64,000 nucleotides of DNA from Tetramitus jugosus (lineage: Eukaryota > Protista > Heterolobosea), in contig OW569376.1 of the NCBI GenBank assembly GCA_937625935.1, positions 1-64,000 on the forward strand. Direction: 5' to 3'. This document shows positions 43,055 through 54,600 of the stretch, piece by piece (within the stretch, counting starts at the first letter, position 1; every line of letters starts with the position of its first letter). The position numbers were made by a program, and so were the translations under genes. The notes under the pieces are model-generated. The model searched no databases and had not been told where the DNA came from. It worked only from the letters and a program-made list of their open reading frames with translations.

Positions 43055-43575
43055 TCTTACGACACAATAAATTCACCATTTCAGCCAAAAATAATATTTG
43101 CGAATCCCTGAAGAAGGGATCAAAACAACATTCCAAGAAGAGAATGAATCCTGTTGCGTAGGCCTGCCACTCCACTGGGCAAGCACCACATCATGTTAGA
43201 CAATTGAGAGCAGGCAAGCCTGCTCTCACGCAAAAGAAAAATAAAAGTTCGTGCACCATTTGTTGTATTAAAAAAAAAAAAAAACAAAAATAATATTTGA
43301 CGGAGTATTCGGTGGCGATACGGAAATAGAAGGGATGCCCTATTTCCCGACTCAAATTAGCCACCAAACAACAGACGACAAAAGAGTTCCTGCAGCAAGC
43401 AAACTTACTTGAAAGCAATATTGTGTTGTTGCTCTGTGCCACAAACAAAAAGGACTTGCTGCAACAAAAGTATATATATAATTCGTGTGTTCTCAGATCT
43501 TTGAAAACAACAACAACAAGCCGAACCAATCCAACACAAAAATATTTAGCTATTGTAAAAATCAGTAAAGTGACA

Positions 43576-44568
43576 ATGGAAGAAGCAACAAGAACCCAAC
43601 AACAAGAGCAAGACCGACCTGTAGCCCATGATACCATTCTTCTCAAGGTTTATTTTTTCCCAGGCGGAGTTGTTCGTCGGGCTAGAGTCCAGTCAACCAT
43701 AAAATTCTCCGAATTGAGTCAATCGATTAGGGAGATGGTGGAGAAGCAGGAGGGCACCATGTGGACCAAGGGCACAAATACAAGAATTTCATGCTGTGTC
43801 TGTGGTGACAATCAAGAAACTGAATGGTTCAATCTGTCCAATGAAGAACAATGGCAAAATGTAGTTGCTGTGACACGATTGTTGAATGAGACTAGAGAGC
43901 CCAATGATCACACAGAAAGGTTTCTAAGGCTGAGAGCAGTCGGGCTATTGACATTTGTTCCATTGAGCACAACATTCTTCTCGCCCATGATGAGCAACTG
44001 GGAACGGAGGAAGAGTCTCGTGAAGGATCACCTATCCTCACAATGGCAACAACTGCTGTCCACTGGAGGTAACTTGCTTTCACAAACCAATTCCAGTAGT
44101 TTATCAAGAGGGGAAGGTATTGGAACAAACAACAACAACAACACATCAGGTATTGATGAAGATAATTTTGTGTTGTTGGAGGATTTGGATCCATCGTTCT
44201 TGATCCCAGAGATCGAAACACTGAATGAAATTTATCAACAATTGGATACAATGCGACACCATGACACACAAATGAATGGTGACAATGATAAAGTTGAATC
44301 TTTCGATATGGAAGATGAAGAAGCAGAGGAGTTTGATGATGAATACACTGTCAGTTCACCTTCGTCTCTATCGTGCTCTCCATGCACACCATGCACACCT
44401 TCTTGTAGTGATGAGTTGACAAATGAAGAAGAAGAACCATTTAAGTATGAACAAGAGTTGGAATTGTTGCGACAGATGGGATTGGACGATTCTGAACGAG
44501 TCAGAGACCTGTTGAATCAATTTAATGGTGATATGCCAAAGGTTGTCTCTGGATATCTTTACCTATAA
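43576..44568 (+). CDS. p62/NBR1-like protein: PB1-like N-terminus, LIR motif, C-terminal UBA
   Basis: LLKVYF...VRR (PB1-like), DEDNFVLL (acidic FxxL LIR), YEQELELLRQMGL...LLNQFNGDMPKVV (UBA); first ATG at 43576. Confidence 0.75.
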   Translation: MEEATRTQQQEQDRPVAHDTILLKVYFFPGGVVRRARVQSTIKFSELSQSIREMVEKQEGTMWTKGTNTRISCCVCGDNQETEWFNLSNEEQWQNVVAVTRLLNETREPNDHTERFLRLRAVGLLTFVPLSTTFFSPMMSNWERRKSLVKDHLSSQWQQLLSTGGNLLSQTNSSSLSRGEGIGTNNNNNTSGIDEDNFVLLEDLDPSFLIPEIETLNEIYQQLDTMRHHDTQMNGDNDKVESFDMEDEEAEEFDDEYTVSSPSSLSCSPCTPCTPSCSDELTNEEEEPFKYEQELELLRQMGLDDSERVRDLLNQFNGDMPKVVSGYLYL

Positions 44569-44769
44569 TATTCTTACTATTATGAATTCTTATTGTACAT
44601 ATATATGAAGCGAAATGTAGGTTGCTTACTCTGTGTTGTATTTATCACAATAAAAACCTGATACTCTATTGTTTTATTCTTATCGTACAGTTTATTGTTT
44701 CAAGGGTAGTTTACACTTGTCATGTGCTGCTGTTGTTGACTTGATCATACATTTGAGTCAAAACAACAA

Positions 44770-45984
44770 TTATGATGAACTACCAATCCGATTTTCAACC
44801 GTTGTTGATCGGATCTCCTTCAATTCCTCTTCGATGTGTATCGATTTTTTCTTCTTCCTCATATGGTTATTGTTTGTTTCTTTGGTTTCCGAAGTGCTAT
44901 GTCTACAAATCATCAATTTCTGAGTGTATTTCACCAAGTCAGGCATTGCCCTTGTCCACTCATAAATATCTTCGTGTGTCATTCCCTGAAGTCTTCCATC
45001 AGTGTAACCCCACTTGTACACATCCGTGAGATATTGCGCTCGTGAAACAAGTGGTCCATTGCATATCTTACTCTCTCCGTTCGATCCAATTCCGGTGACC
45101 AATGACGCAGCTTGAGCGACGACACATGAATCTCCTACAGTTCGCTCACATGTTGTTGTTTGATTGGACTGTGTTTCAACTGATGGAGAAGCATCCGTGG
45201 CAGAAGGAGAAGAGTTTGACGAATGAGAAGGAATTTCCTTTTGTTCAGTTCGGAGTCTCTCTGATAATTCTTCAATGACCCAATCGGGAACACAAGTGCT
45301 TCTTTCGTCGGGATACACAAAGCCGAACATGACAACATGACTAAAGAGAACACGCCAATGATTATCAAAGTGTTTGATGACTCGTTTCCAGTCCATATGA
45401 GGTCCGTGGCACCGAATGAGATGATTCACGTCTCCTCCGTCATATCGTTCCTTCTCCATAATGTACGCCTTGGAGAAAATCATTTCTTCGACGGGGATTA
45501 ATTTGACAGGCAGTCCGTACACGGTGCTCGGGTGAGCATGTTGAAACCAGCCTGATGTCACGGGACATGTTCCGTTTGCAGAGCTAAAAATGATATCAAT
45601 AAAATTGTCTCCTTGATACACTTTGGCCAACCAGTGGGGAAATGTCATTTCAGTTTTGTAACCCTTCTTCTCCAAAAAGTGTGTGATGAGGTCCAAATCT
45701 TCTCTCCGAGCAAAAATGTCCAAATCTTTTGTGTCACGTCTCACGCCAGTGTATCGTTCGTACGCTTGAGTACCTCCGAGTAAAAAAGGCATGTTTCCAT
45801 CGATTAACAACCTCAAGATGTCTTTGTAAAAATCGAAAGCTGCTTGTTGTTTCTCTTCATTCAAGGAAGGTGAATCAATGGGAGACGCGTCCGAGGGTGA
45901 AGGAGGAGACGCTGCCAAGTGCAGAGGAATATCAGTTTTCGAGAATCGCGAGGATTTGATTTGTTCTTGTGATGTTTGTTTCAT
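44770..45984 (-). CDS. Bacterial-type nucleotidyltransferase family protein (pol-beta fold)
   Basis: FLLGG...RDTKDLDIF, WLAKV...IDIIFSSANG, PVEEMIFSKAYIMEKERYDGGDV, SRAQYLTDVYKWGY; first ATG at 45984. Confidence 0.85.
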   Translation of the reverse strand: MKQTSQEQIKSSRFSKTDIPLHLAASPPSPSDASPIDSPSLNEEKQQAAFDFYKDILRLLIDGNMPFLLGGTQAYERYTGVRRDTKDLDIFARREDLDLITHFLEKKGYKTEMTFPHWLAKVYQGDNFIDIIFSSANGTCPVTSGWFQHAHPSTVYGLPVKLIPVEEMIFSKAYIMEKERYDGGDVNHLIRCHGPHMDWKRVIKHFDNHWRVLFSHVVMFGFVYPDERSTCVPDWVIEELSERLRTEQKEIPSHSSNSSPSATDASPSVETQSNQTTTCERTVGDSCVVAQAASLVTGIGSNGESKICNGPLVSRAQYLTDVYKWGYTDGRLQGMTHEDIYEWTRAMPDLVKYTQKLMICRHSTSETKETNNNHMRKKKKSIHIEEELKEIRSTTVENRIGSSS

Positions 45985-46264
45985 TCTCTTGTTTGATCTC
46001 TCTTTTGTTGTTCTTACAATTTTCTTTCTTGTTATCTCTGACACTTTGGTTTGTACAATTTGTGTTGTTATTATTGGTACAAATATTGATTGTATAAACG
46101 CGATTTGTGTGAGTAGTTTTTTTCTAGAAATGAACTAAGGATTACCTTTAATTCAATTTGTAAGGGAGATTTTTTATAGGTTTTTGGTTGACCTATTCCC
46201 TATTTTTGTTCCTTATCCAAAGATTCGCAGGGTTTTTATACCACGGAGAAATAGAGCCAAGAAT

Positions 46265-49200
46265 CTAAACTCTTTGGTCAATGGTAGAGATATGGGATGA
46301 TATGTCGTATTGGGGTAGTTCCTCTGTTTCCTCATTCTCTGCACTATGATTGTTCAACAGTTTCTCCTGAAGAGTCGGGGAGAGAGCAGATACAAGTTCT
46401 TCGGGAGAAAACTTGTGATTGTTCTTGTCCTCTCCTGACCATCGTCTATAAGTTTTACATTGGCAAATCATAGCAGGTCCAATCCATAGGAAATGAACTG
46501 TACCTGAGTAGATGGCATAGAATATCGGTAGGAATGTATGGAGGCGTATGTTCTGAGGTACATAGAACTCACACATCGTATAAATAATCAAGCAGAGTAC
46601 TGAGCATGAGACCGATCCCAGAATCATCATAATCCATGAATATATTCTCCACAACCACTGAACCTTGGTGCTCTTCAAAAACACTACCGAAGATCCCATG
46701 ACCTCTAAACCCTGGAATGCAATGACGGATGAGAAAATCATCAGGTAATAAAAGTGCCTGTTGAGGAGCCATCCAACGAGCACCTGAACGAAACCTCGGA
46801 GGTAATAGAATTGGTCATAGTATGAATCCGCAAATCTGGATTGAATATTGACTGATTCTCGACAAAATAAGTAGAGAGTTGTCAATACTAAGCATGATAC
46901 TACGAAATGAACTATTCCAGAGAACAACATAGAACTCTTCAAGAATACTTGTCTCCGAGAACTTTCTCTACCCTCTTTGATCCACATCATTATGATTGAA
47001 ACAAAGGAATATATGAAGACTCGGACATAACACCCTGCGATCAGTCCAATGCGAACATAATAAAATTGTTCATAACCGTAAATGTATGTCAAAGGTACAC
47101 TAACAAACTGGATCACCACACACAGAGTAGTGATGAAACAATTGAAGGAGTTGTATCTTGAGTATGAGTTCTTCATCACATCTAGCATTGTGTACCTGAA
47201 TCGCAAACTTACTACCATTTTGAATTCTGAACAGAGCGACACAGACAAAAGAGATACAACGATGGTGTTGTAAATCGTAAATTGGGCTTTAACAAACAGA
47301 GGCATGAACTTCGACGACCAGACCCCTTTCATTTCCAATATAGAAAATGCTAAGACTGCTGAAAACAACAGGGCATGAATGGAGAGGAAGAAAACATCTA
47401 TCAAATTGGTCACTATGTTCTTTCCTTTCACTTGTTTGGCTTTTCCATCATAAAATACAGTGTTCTCCCGAAATTTTAAGGTAACAGAAATCTTACCGTC
47501 TGGTCCCGTGTCTGGAATACTAAATTTTTTGGATTCTAATGGATTCACACCTAAGGGAGATAACGCCTTAATCGGTTGAAGTAGGAGAGCAGATTTCTTT
47601 TTAGATAGTTGTGGATGATCCAGTATCGGGATTTCTGACACGGGAGGATCAAGTGGTAAAGGACACTCTTCATGAGGAAACAGTGCCTGAGGGTCCTCAC
47701 TGTGAAGAGAAGGATAAATTGGTTGGAGAGGCATGCAAGCATCCGACACTGGTGACAGTAAAGGCTGATGTACTCTTTTAGAAGAAAACGAGGGAGATTG
47801 GGGAGTTTTCATCTCACCTTGTGAATTATCGACACAGGGTTCACCATCAACATAGAACATCGTGTTAATGTGTGATGGTTGTAACATTGGAGAAGCAGAT
47901 TCATTTGTGAAGTCGTCAGTTATTGTAGAAGCATGTACAATGGGGTCATCAAAGTATCTCCTATACCAGTCTTTCCCTAAATCCTGCTCTATTGCTGTTC
48001 TGAAAGCTAACTCTTTGAATTGACTCTCCATATCGTTCTTTCTTTCCTTAATATTGACTTCCAGAATTCGAGAACATTGTAAATTAGAACTAGTGTATTT
48101 TTCATCCAGCAGTTGATTGATGATGAACTCCCTAGTATTTTCATCGACAGGAGCATACTTTTCTCCTGAACTTAAAAACTCCCAGTACCTGATTAGCTTT
48201 GAGGGATTCATCTCGACCCACTCTAGCCACCTTAAAGGATCTTTCTCGGATATTCTCAATTTCCTCTCAATAACATCTACTATTCCCTTGCCCGTGGTAT
48301 CAATTATTGTTTGATTCAGAATATCGAAGTAAAGACAATTGATTGTAAAATCTTGATGAATCACTTCGTGCTGAAGGTTACATCCGTATCCCTCAATAGA
48401 AGCAGTCCGAGTATGTTTACTCTTGATGGGTCTTCCTTTGATATGAATTGGTTTGAAATCGCTTCCTATCTGAATGTCACCAGACTTTAGTAGTTTCAGT
48501 TTGGGCGTTTCTACAGCGTTATCAACTTCTTGACTGGAACTCCCGAACACAATATCGATCTTTTCAATTGCTTTGGGAACGCTACTCCTGTTCTTTTTAG
48601 ATATTGCTTCGTTGATGGCATCCTGATTGATGTGTGATTAATTATTAGAGATAATTACTACTAGGTCGGAAAAGACAATACTTCAGAAAACATACGCGAA
48701 CTGCTCCACCAACAATAAAAACTGGTACATTAGAATTCACAATATTCTGTAGTATGGAGCGAATGGTTATTCCATCCGAGTGCTGCGATTCCTGGGAGAG
48801 TAAGCAGTCCATTAACTCCGTAACTTTGTCATTCTTGTAAACTATCACTCCATGATGATCCCAAGGTTGATCAAATTGAACATAGTTATCCAAAATCTTG
48901 ATATTTGATTCCACATAACTTTCATTAATCGTTTCTGTGACAGCTCTATGGGTCAGAAATACTCTTCCGGTTGTATTCTTCAAATCATTTGGATCAATTT
49001 GATGGCCCTCGAACGTCCATGTCCGATTATCCTTTGGAAACAATATCTTGGTATTAGCTGACCGTTTCCAATCAAGAGACAAGGGTTTCAATCTCTTCTT
49101 ATCCACTCTGACGAAGCCGTAACAATTTAGTACTGGATAAGAACCAAGTGGATGAATAAGCATTGTCTCAAAGGATTAATCGAATGTTCAAAATCTACTT

Positions 49201-49629
49201 ACATTCATCATTGGGATTATTGATCAACAATTGTCCATGGTAAAACAAGTCGCGATGAACTCCTGTTGTTATGTCATTGGAGAGACATTCGACCTCTTTT
49301 TCGCAGGGATGGTGAAACTGAACAATGTGATTTTCATCAGATTGGTGAGGACAGTACAGTCCGTGAGTGCATGAATGAACTACTACTCTCGTATGAGAGG
49401 AATCATTGACGAGAGAACACTCGGACCCATATTTACAATAATGCAAGTAGTTTCTTGCGTGGCCACTGTGACCGATAAGAGGACACTCATTCCCTTGAGG
49501 GCACATGTGAAGAAATTGATGGGCATGGGCTTCATCACTAATCAACAAACACTCTGTTCCATGTTGACACAAGTGCTTGCTTGGACATGACTCATTTTGG
49601 CACGTCAATGGATGAGAGCAAAAGTCCAT
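46265..49629 (-). CDS. Three-exon fusion (1073 aa): five PBZ-like CCHH zinc fingers + CCA/poly(A)-polymerase-type nucleotidyltransferase head + multi-pass membrane domain
   Basis: Exons 49629-49203, 49132-48696, 48622-46265; introns GTAAGT...CAG (70 nt) and GTATGT...CAG (73 nt) join in frame and restore VFIVGGAVR|D; also DFTINCLYFD and IIDTTGKGIVD; roughly 9-10 hydrophobic helices at the C-terminus. Confidence 0.85.
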
Positions 49630-49878
49630 GATTCAATCTTTTCCTAAATTTTTCTGTTCGTTTCTCTCGCAAGCTACCGTTCACACGACCAAAAACATCC
49701 GAGTTCTTTCCAATCTGCTGTAATGAGCTACGTCGCTTTCTTCACCGATCGTAGAAAACCGTTCGAAGGTTCCACTCAAAAATCGCGAGAGTGCTTGGCG
49801 CCCTTTTTCCAGCTTGGCGCCAAACACAAAAATCACGACATACACAAAAACAAAAAACAAAAACAAAAACCGAAAAAC

Positions 49879-51576
49879 ATGCCACAACTGCTTCGAACTT
49901 TGCATCTCATGGAGCAGCAACAACAATTGTTCTCCTCCCTTGATACTTCCTCCTCCAATCATACCAACAATAATGACAAACATCACCATCATCGTCATCA
50001 ACAATCAGAGAATGAATCATCATCTTTGCATCATGACACTATCGTGGACAACAAGGAACTTTTAACAAATTCCACTTCACCTCGTTCCTCTTTAACAAAC
50101 ACGACCCAACAAAAAAACAAGAGTAGTCATCACAAGAGTCATCATCACCATCATCATCATCATAGTCATAGTCATGGTCATGGTCATCATCATAAACACA
50201 AGAGTGGATCATTGAAACGTGTATCTTCATCCAATCATGTACCCATCACAGGTCATAGTGAACTTGGGGGAGAGGGTATTGCACCAACATCGCCAACATC
50301 GCCAACTTCACCTTCACATCATCATCATGCATCATCATTTTCACATCATCTAGAGTCATCATCATCATCATCTTCTCCTCTTCCTCCAATGAGAAAACGT
50401 GCCATGACAGCGACTAGTATGCTGTTGGATAGGACGAGTCAATCTACAAGTCTCACATTCCTTATTCTGTTGATCACTCATGCAGTGTTCATTTCTCTAT
50501 CGTGCATCATTGGTGTTTCACTGTTTCGACATTCTAGAGGACAGGAAGGTGATGTCATTCTGTTTCACTTTTACAATTTTAATGAACTGTTTTCGTGGAG
50601 AAATTTTAATCCACTCATGTATCAGAGTGTTCACTTTGATATGGATCGAGTGTTGAACAGTGGAGTCGATGGAAGTTTTGAGATTCGAACATTGAAGAAC
50701 AATCCGACAGTGAATCAGAATGCGAGACACTTGTACGCGTTAAACTATTCAGAGTGCAATCAGTTGAATCGGGGTCAAGATTTACAGTATTGGGCATTTT
50801 TCTTGATGCCTGGTTCGGAGTTGAAATTGAATTATGAGTTGTATTTTGCAGAGTTTGGATCGGAGATGAGATTGGCGATATTGGAGGGAACAAGAGGGTT
50901 TGACTGTTGGATGAAACAGGCGTCATTCTCTGGAAAACAACGATGTGCTCAAGTAGACACATTCCTGTTAACTGGAAGACCTGATATAATCACAGTGTCT
51001 GTCATAGGTGATGGAACTGACAACAATAATGATGATGATGACGACGACGACGATAATGGGGATTATGCAAACAAGGTGCATCTATCGAACAAGTCGTCTG
51101 ATTTGCGTGAAGATGATCGCAATTTTCTAGTGACGACTCAAGGCTATGGACGACCATTGTTCTTCATTGTCTATTTTGCAAGCAAGGAACACAACTATAT
51201 CGCTTCTTGTTCCCTATCGTTTAAGTTTAATATGACCACTTTTGATGAACCGGATCCGAGTAATATCAAGGACACATGCCTCGTTACTACTTCATCAAGC
51301 TGTGACGTGTCTCGGTCTCAAACTGTCATGATTACCGCTAGGACTGCATCTGGTGAACAGGCTGATAAGAGAGGACAGATTGTATCTTATTCGTTCAATA
51401 GGAATTCTCTCAATCTATTTGCTCTCTCCTCGATACCGTTGGTCGTTCTGTTACTGATCGATACTTTGGTTGGTATTGTATGGGCTGTTCGATTCTGTAG
51501 GTCAAGGTCATCATTCAAGAAAAGTTCAATTATCACGATCAATGCAGAAGAATCAAGCGCACTCTTACAAAGTTAG
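49879..51576 (+). CDS. Two-TM membrane protein with APD1-4-like luminal domain and His-rich N-terminus
   Basis: Poly-His/Ser N-terminus, two TM helices, motif QYWAFFLMPGSELKLNY; no C-terminal RING. Confidence 0.6.
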   Translation: MPQLLRTLHLMEQQQQLFSSLDTSSSNHTNNNDKHHHHRHQQSENESSSLHHDTIVDNKELLTNSTSPRSSLTNTTQQKNKSSHHKSHHHHHHHHSHSHGHGHHHKHKSGSLKRVSSSNHVPITGHSELGGEGIAPTSPTSPTSPSHHHHASSFSHHLESSSSSSSPLPPMRKRAMTATSMLLDRTSQSTSLTFLILLITHAVFISLSCIIGVSLFRHSRGQEGDVILFHFYNFNELFSWRNFNPLMYQSVHFDMDRVLNSGVDGSFEIRTLKNNPTVNQNARHLYALNYSECNQLNRGQDLQYWAFFLMPGSELKLNYELYFAEFGSEMRLAILEGTRGFDCWMKQASFSGKQRCAQVDTFLLTGRPDIITVSVIGDGTDNNNDDDDDDDDNGDYANKVHLSNKSSDLREDDRNFLVTTQGYGRPLFFIVYFASKEHNYIASCSLSFKFNMTTFDEPDPSNIKDTCLVTTSSSCDVSRSQTVMITARTASGEQADKRGQIVSYSFNRNSLNLFALSSIPLVVLLLIDTLVGIVWAVRFCRSRSSFKKSSIITINAEESSALLQS

Positions 51577-51687
51577 GCTGCTTTGAAATACAACGATTTT
51601 TTCTGTCGGATAATTATTGTTTCGCGCTGAAACACAACTCGTGGTTCATTTACGAAAATAACATTACTCATCTCTTTTGTTTGGAAA

Positions 51688-54600
51688 ATGAGCTCTACAT
51701 CAGAAGATTTACAACTTTCGAGTGATGGAGTGGAGGATGAGAAGAGAGAGCTTCCAAAGGGAGTAGTTGAGAAATTCTCTGGCTTTGTTTGTTCTGTTTG
51801 CTCGCTGCTTATTGAAGCAGACGCTCTTGAGCTACACATGTTGTTTCACGACAAGTATAGCCCTGAGATCAAATCATTCCTGACACAAGCAAAGTTGCCT
51901 ATTTTGTTTGTTCAGAAAATTCAATCACCGACACCATCCATCGATGAACAATATGCTACCTCTGAAACAGTAGAAGGTAAGGGAATTTGTTTATGAATTT
52001 TTACTCATGGATTCTTCCTGAACAGAACTTATCATTCGATTTTACAGATATCAACATGCCTTCATACAGTGTCGATTTGGCAATGGATTTCAAGGAAGGT
52101 GCTTATGGCGTTGTTTTCGCCAAGAGAGACCCAAAGTTGTTCTTCGACAAATTAGACAGTTCTCAGAGCTTTAGTTCTCTGCTTCAAACGGTTGAGATCA
52201 GTAATAATGTGAATCCTTTTGAATTCTTAAGAAATTTTATCTCCACGACATTTGAGCCATACTTTGATTCAATCGAAAAAAAGAGGTTTAAGGAGAAGAA
52301 CGGAATTTCTGCTGTCACTGAAAGCATGGAGTCCCTAAAGCTAGCTTTAGAGCAGTGTCAAAATAAGTTTAAAATTCCTGAAATTAATATCCTGGGATAT
52401 GTTCATCCCAAGGTGAAAGATATTATCCGAGACAATAGCAATCTCAATGATATTGAGGATTTGATCAAGGGTGAATCTAAAATTCTCAATGAGATGGGCA
52501 AGAGTTTGCAAGAATGTGCACTCGAGATCAACAAGTTAATTTCGCCCAGTGAGACCACATTTCATAGTGTTGTGCAGGAAATTAACTATTGGGAAAGTAT
52601 GGAGAAAGCTCTGAACAATCTCGATATTCATAGACAACACACCCAAATATTGTACACCCTCAAAGTGCTAAAGGAATACAACCGAAAGATTCCTGTTAAT
52701 GTATGGTTGTCATTACCGATTGAGGATGCATTGAAAAACGCGAGGAATTGCTACTCTCTGCTTAAAGATATTCCTATTAATGATATGTTAACGGCAAAAG
52801 AAATTGATAAGGTAGTTACTGCCGTGGAGGATACATTTAAGCAATTGTCCAAGATCAAAAATAATGAAGTAGGAAACATTTCAAATGTAGGGAATTCGTA
52901 TCCGGCAAGAGGAGCTCTTTTGGTGGAAGCAATTTCTCATCATGTACAAGACAAAGCATTAGACTTACTTCGACCGATGCAATTAATGAAAATGGATTTT
53001 GAAAACTTTGAGAAGGTTATAGGACAAATCAACGAGTTATTTACAAGTCTTAAACATGGAGTTCAAAACTTTGAGAAGATATGTATTGTTATTGCGAAGA
53101 AGATGAATATCACATTACCGTCCTTCACAGACAAACTAGAATATGTATCACTCAAGAGGAGATTAGATGAAATGAGGAATACTCGCGCTGCTCATGAACA
53201 ATTAAGATCAGTGAGTTCAAGAGCAATATCCAGTAAGGATGGAACTAGTTCTGTTGATATTTTGAATCAAGTCGACAAGGCTTTTGAAGATCTTCGAAAT
53301 TTGAACAATAAGGTTCTAGATCTTGGTGCAGGTGAGTGATGATTGATTCACTATTTTGATTTTGTTTATCAGGGAGGTTTCTAACACATTTTTGAAGAGG
53401 GTGCTCAATTGTGGAGAACATCGTTGAAGTCGTATTATGAAAAAATTGATAGCGTCGAAAGTAAAATCGTTCATATTTTAAAAGAGAAATTGAGCAGTGC
53501 AAAGAGTGCTAGTGAAATGTTTCGAGTCTTCTCAAAGTTTAATCCTTTGTTTTACATGCCAAAGGTTAGAAGCGCAATTAGCCAATTTCAAGATCGGTTA
53601 GTCGACAAAGTACGAGAAGATATTACAAGCCTTGAATTAAAGTTTAAAAAACACTACACAGCATCCGAGGCAGAGCGGATGAGTCAACTTCGTGATCTGC
53701 CCAATGTGTCTGGAGCGATCATCTGGGCTAGGCAAATTGAAAAACAACTCGATCTATACATGGGAAGAATAGATAGTGTTTTTGGCAATGGATGGGATAG
53801 ATTGCGAGATATGCGACAGTTCAATCATTTCTGGCTCCTGAATGACAAGTTATCTGACTTTATGGGGATACCAATATTTAAATTAGAGCATAAAATGTCT
53901 TTAAACTCTGTTTTAAAGTCAGATGTAAAACCAGAGTTGAAGGGCACTGCGCTCGCATTAGCATTCCTTGAACTTGTTTATCCAGATACAGAGAGTCATT
54001 GGAAGATTATGTACAACGAGAGTATGGATGCACTGCAAAAGGAACAACGGAAATTGAACATTAACATCAGCTTGCACAGCGCTGCTTTGGACATGCTCCG
54101 AGAGGAGCAAAATCTTGGGCTCAGACACATGGAAGAGCTGAAACTCAGACAAAAGGCCGAAAAACTTCGCTCTAAACTTCAGTTCAATATCAATGAGCTA
54201 CTCAGCAAGTGGAATGTTGACATCTTGAACAAGATTCCAAAATGGAAGATATTTGAAATGTCGAAGGATGAAGTTAGTGTAAGGGGATTTGTGTTCGATG
54301 TAGTGAAAAATAAGAACGATCTTTGGGAGCTTCGCGTGAATTTTCATAGGGATATTGGCAATTTGATTAAAGAGGTTCGTACACTCACGAGTCTCGATAT
54401 GGACAGAATGATTGATGTTAATATACGAGGAATTATTCTCGAGGCATGTGATATCTACCCGTTAGCAGTTTCGTTAATCGAAAGCGTCAAGACATATAAT
54501 CGTGTTCTGGCTTCCCTGGATGATTTTGTTCAACCTTTGGCTGCTCGTGAGATCAAAACAATTCAGACCAAACTCTCTGAAGGATTCAACTGGCCGTGGA

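Noticed and set aside
43195-43228. Helitron 3' end or rho-independent terminator at the palindrome
   Set aside because: No CTRR|T junction at suitable spacing and no U tract after the stem; the context is eukaryotic.
53799-54122. Intein or in-frame intron explanation for the dynein insert
   Set aside because: No Cys/Ser start or His-Asn end, and no GT donor at the boundary.
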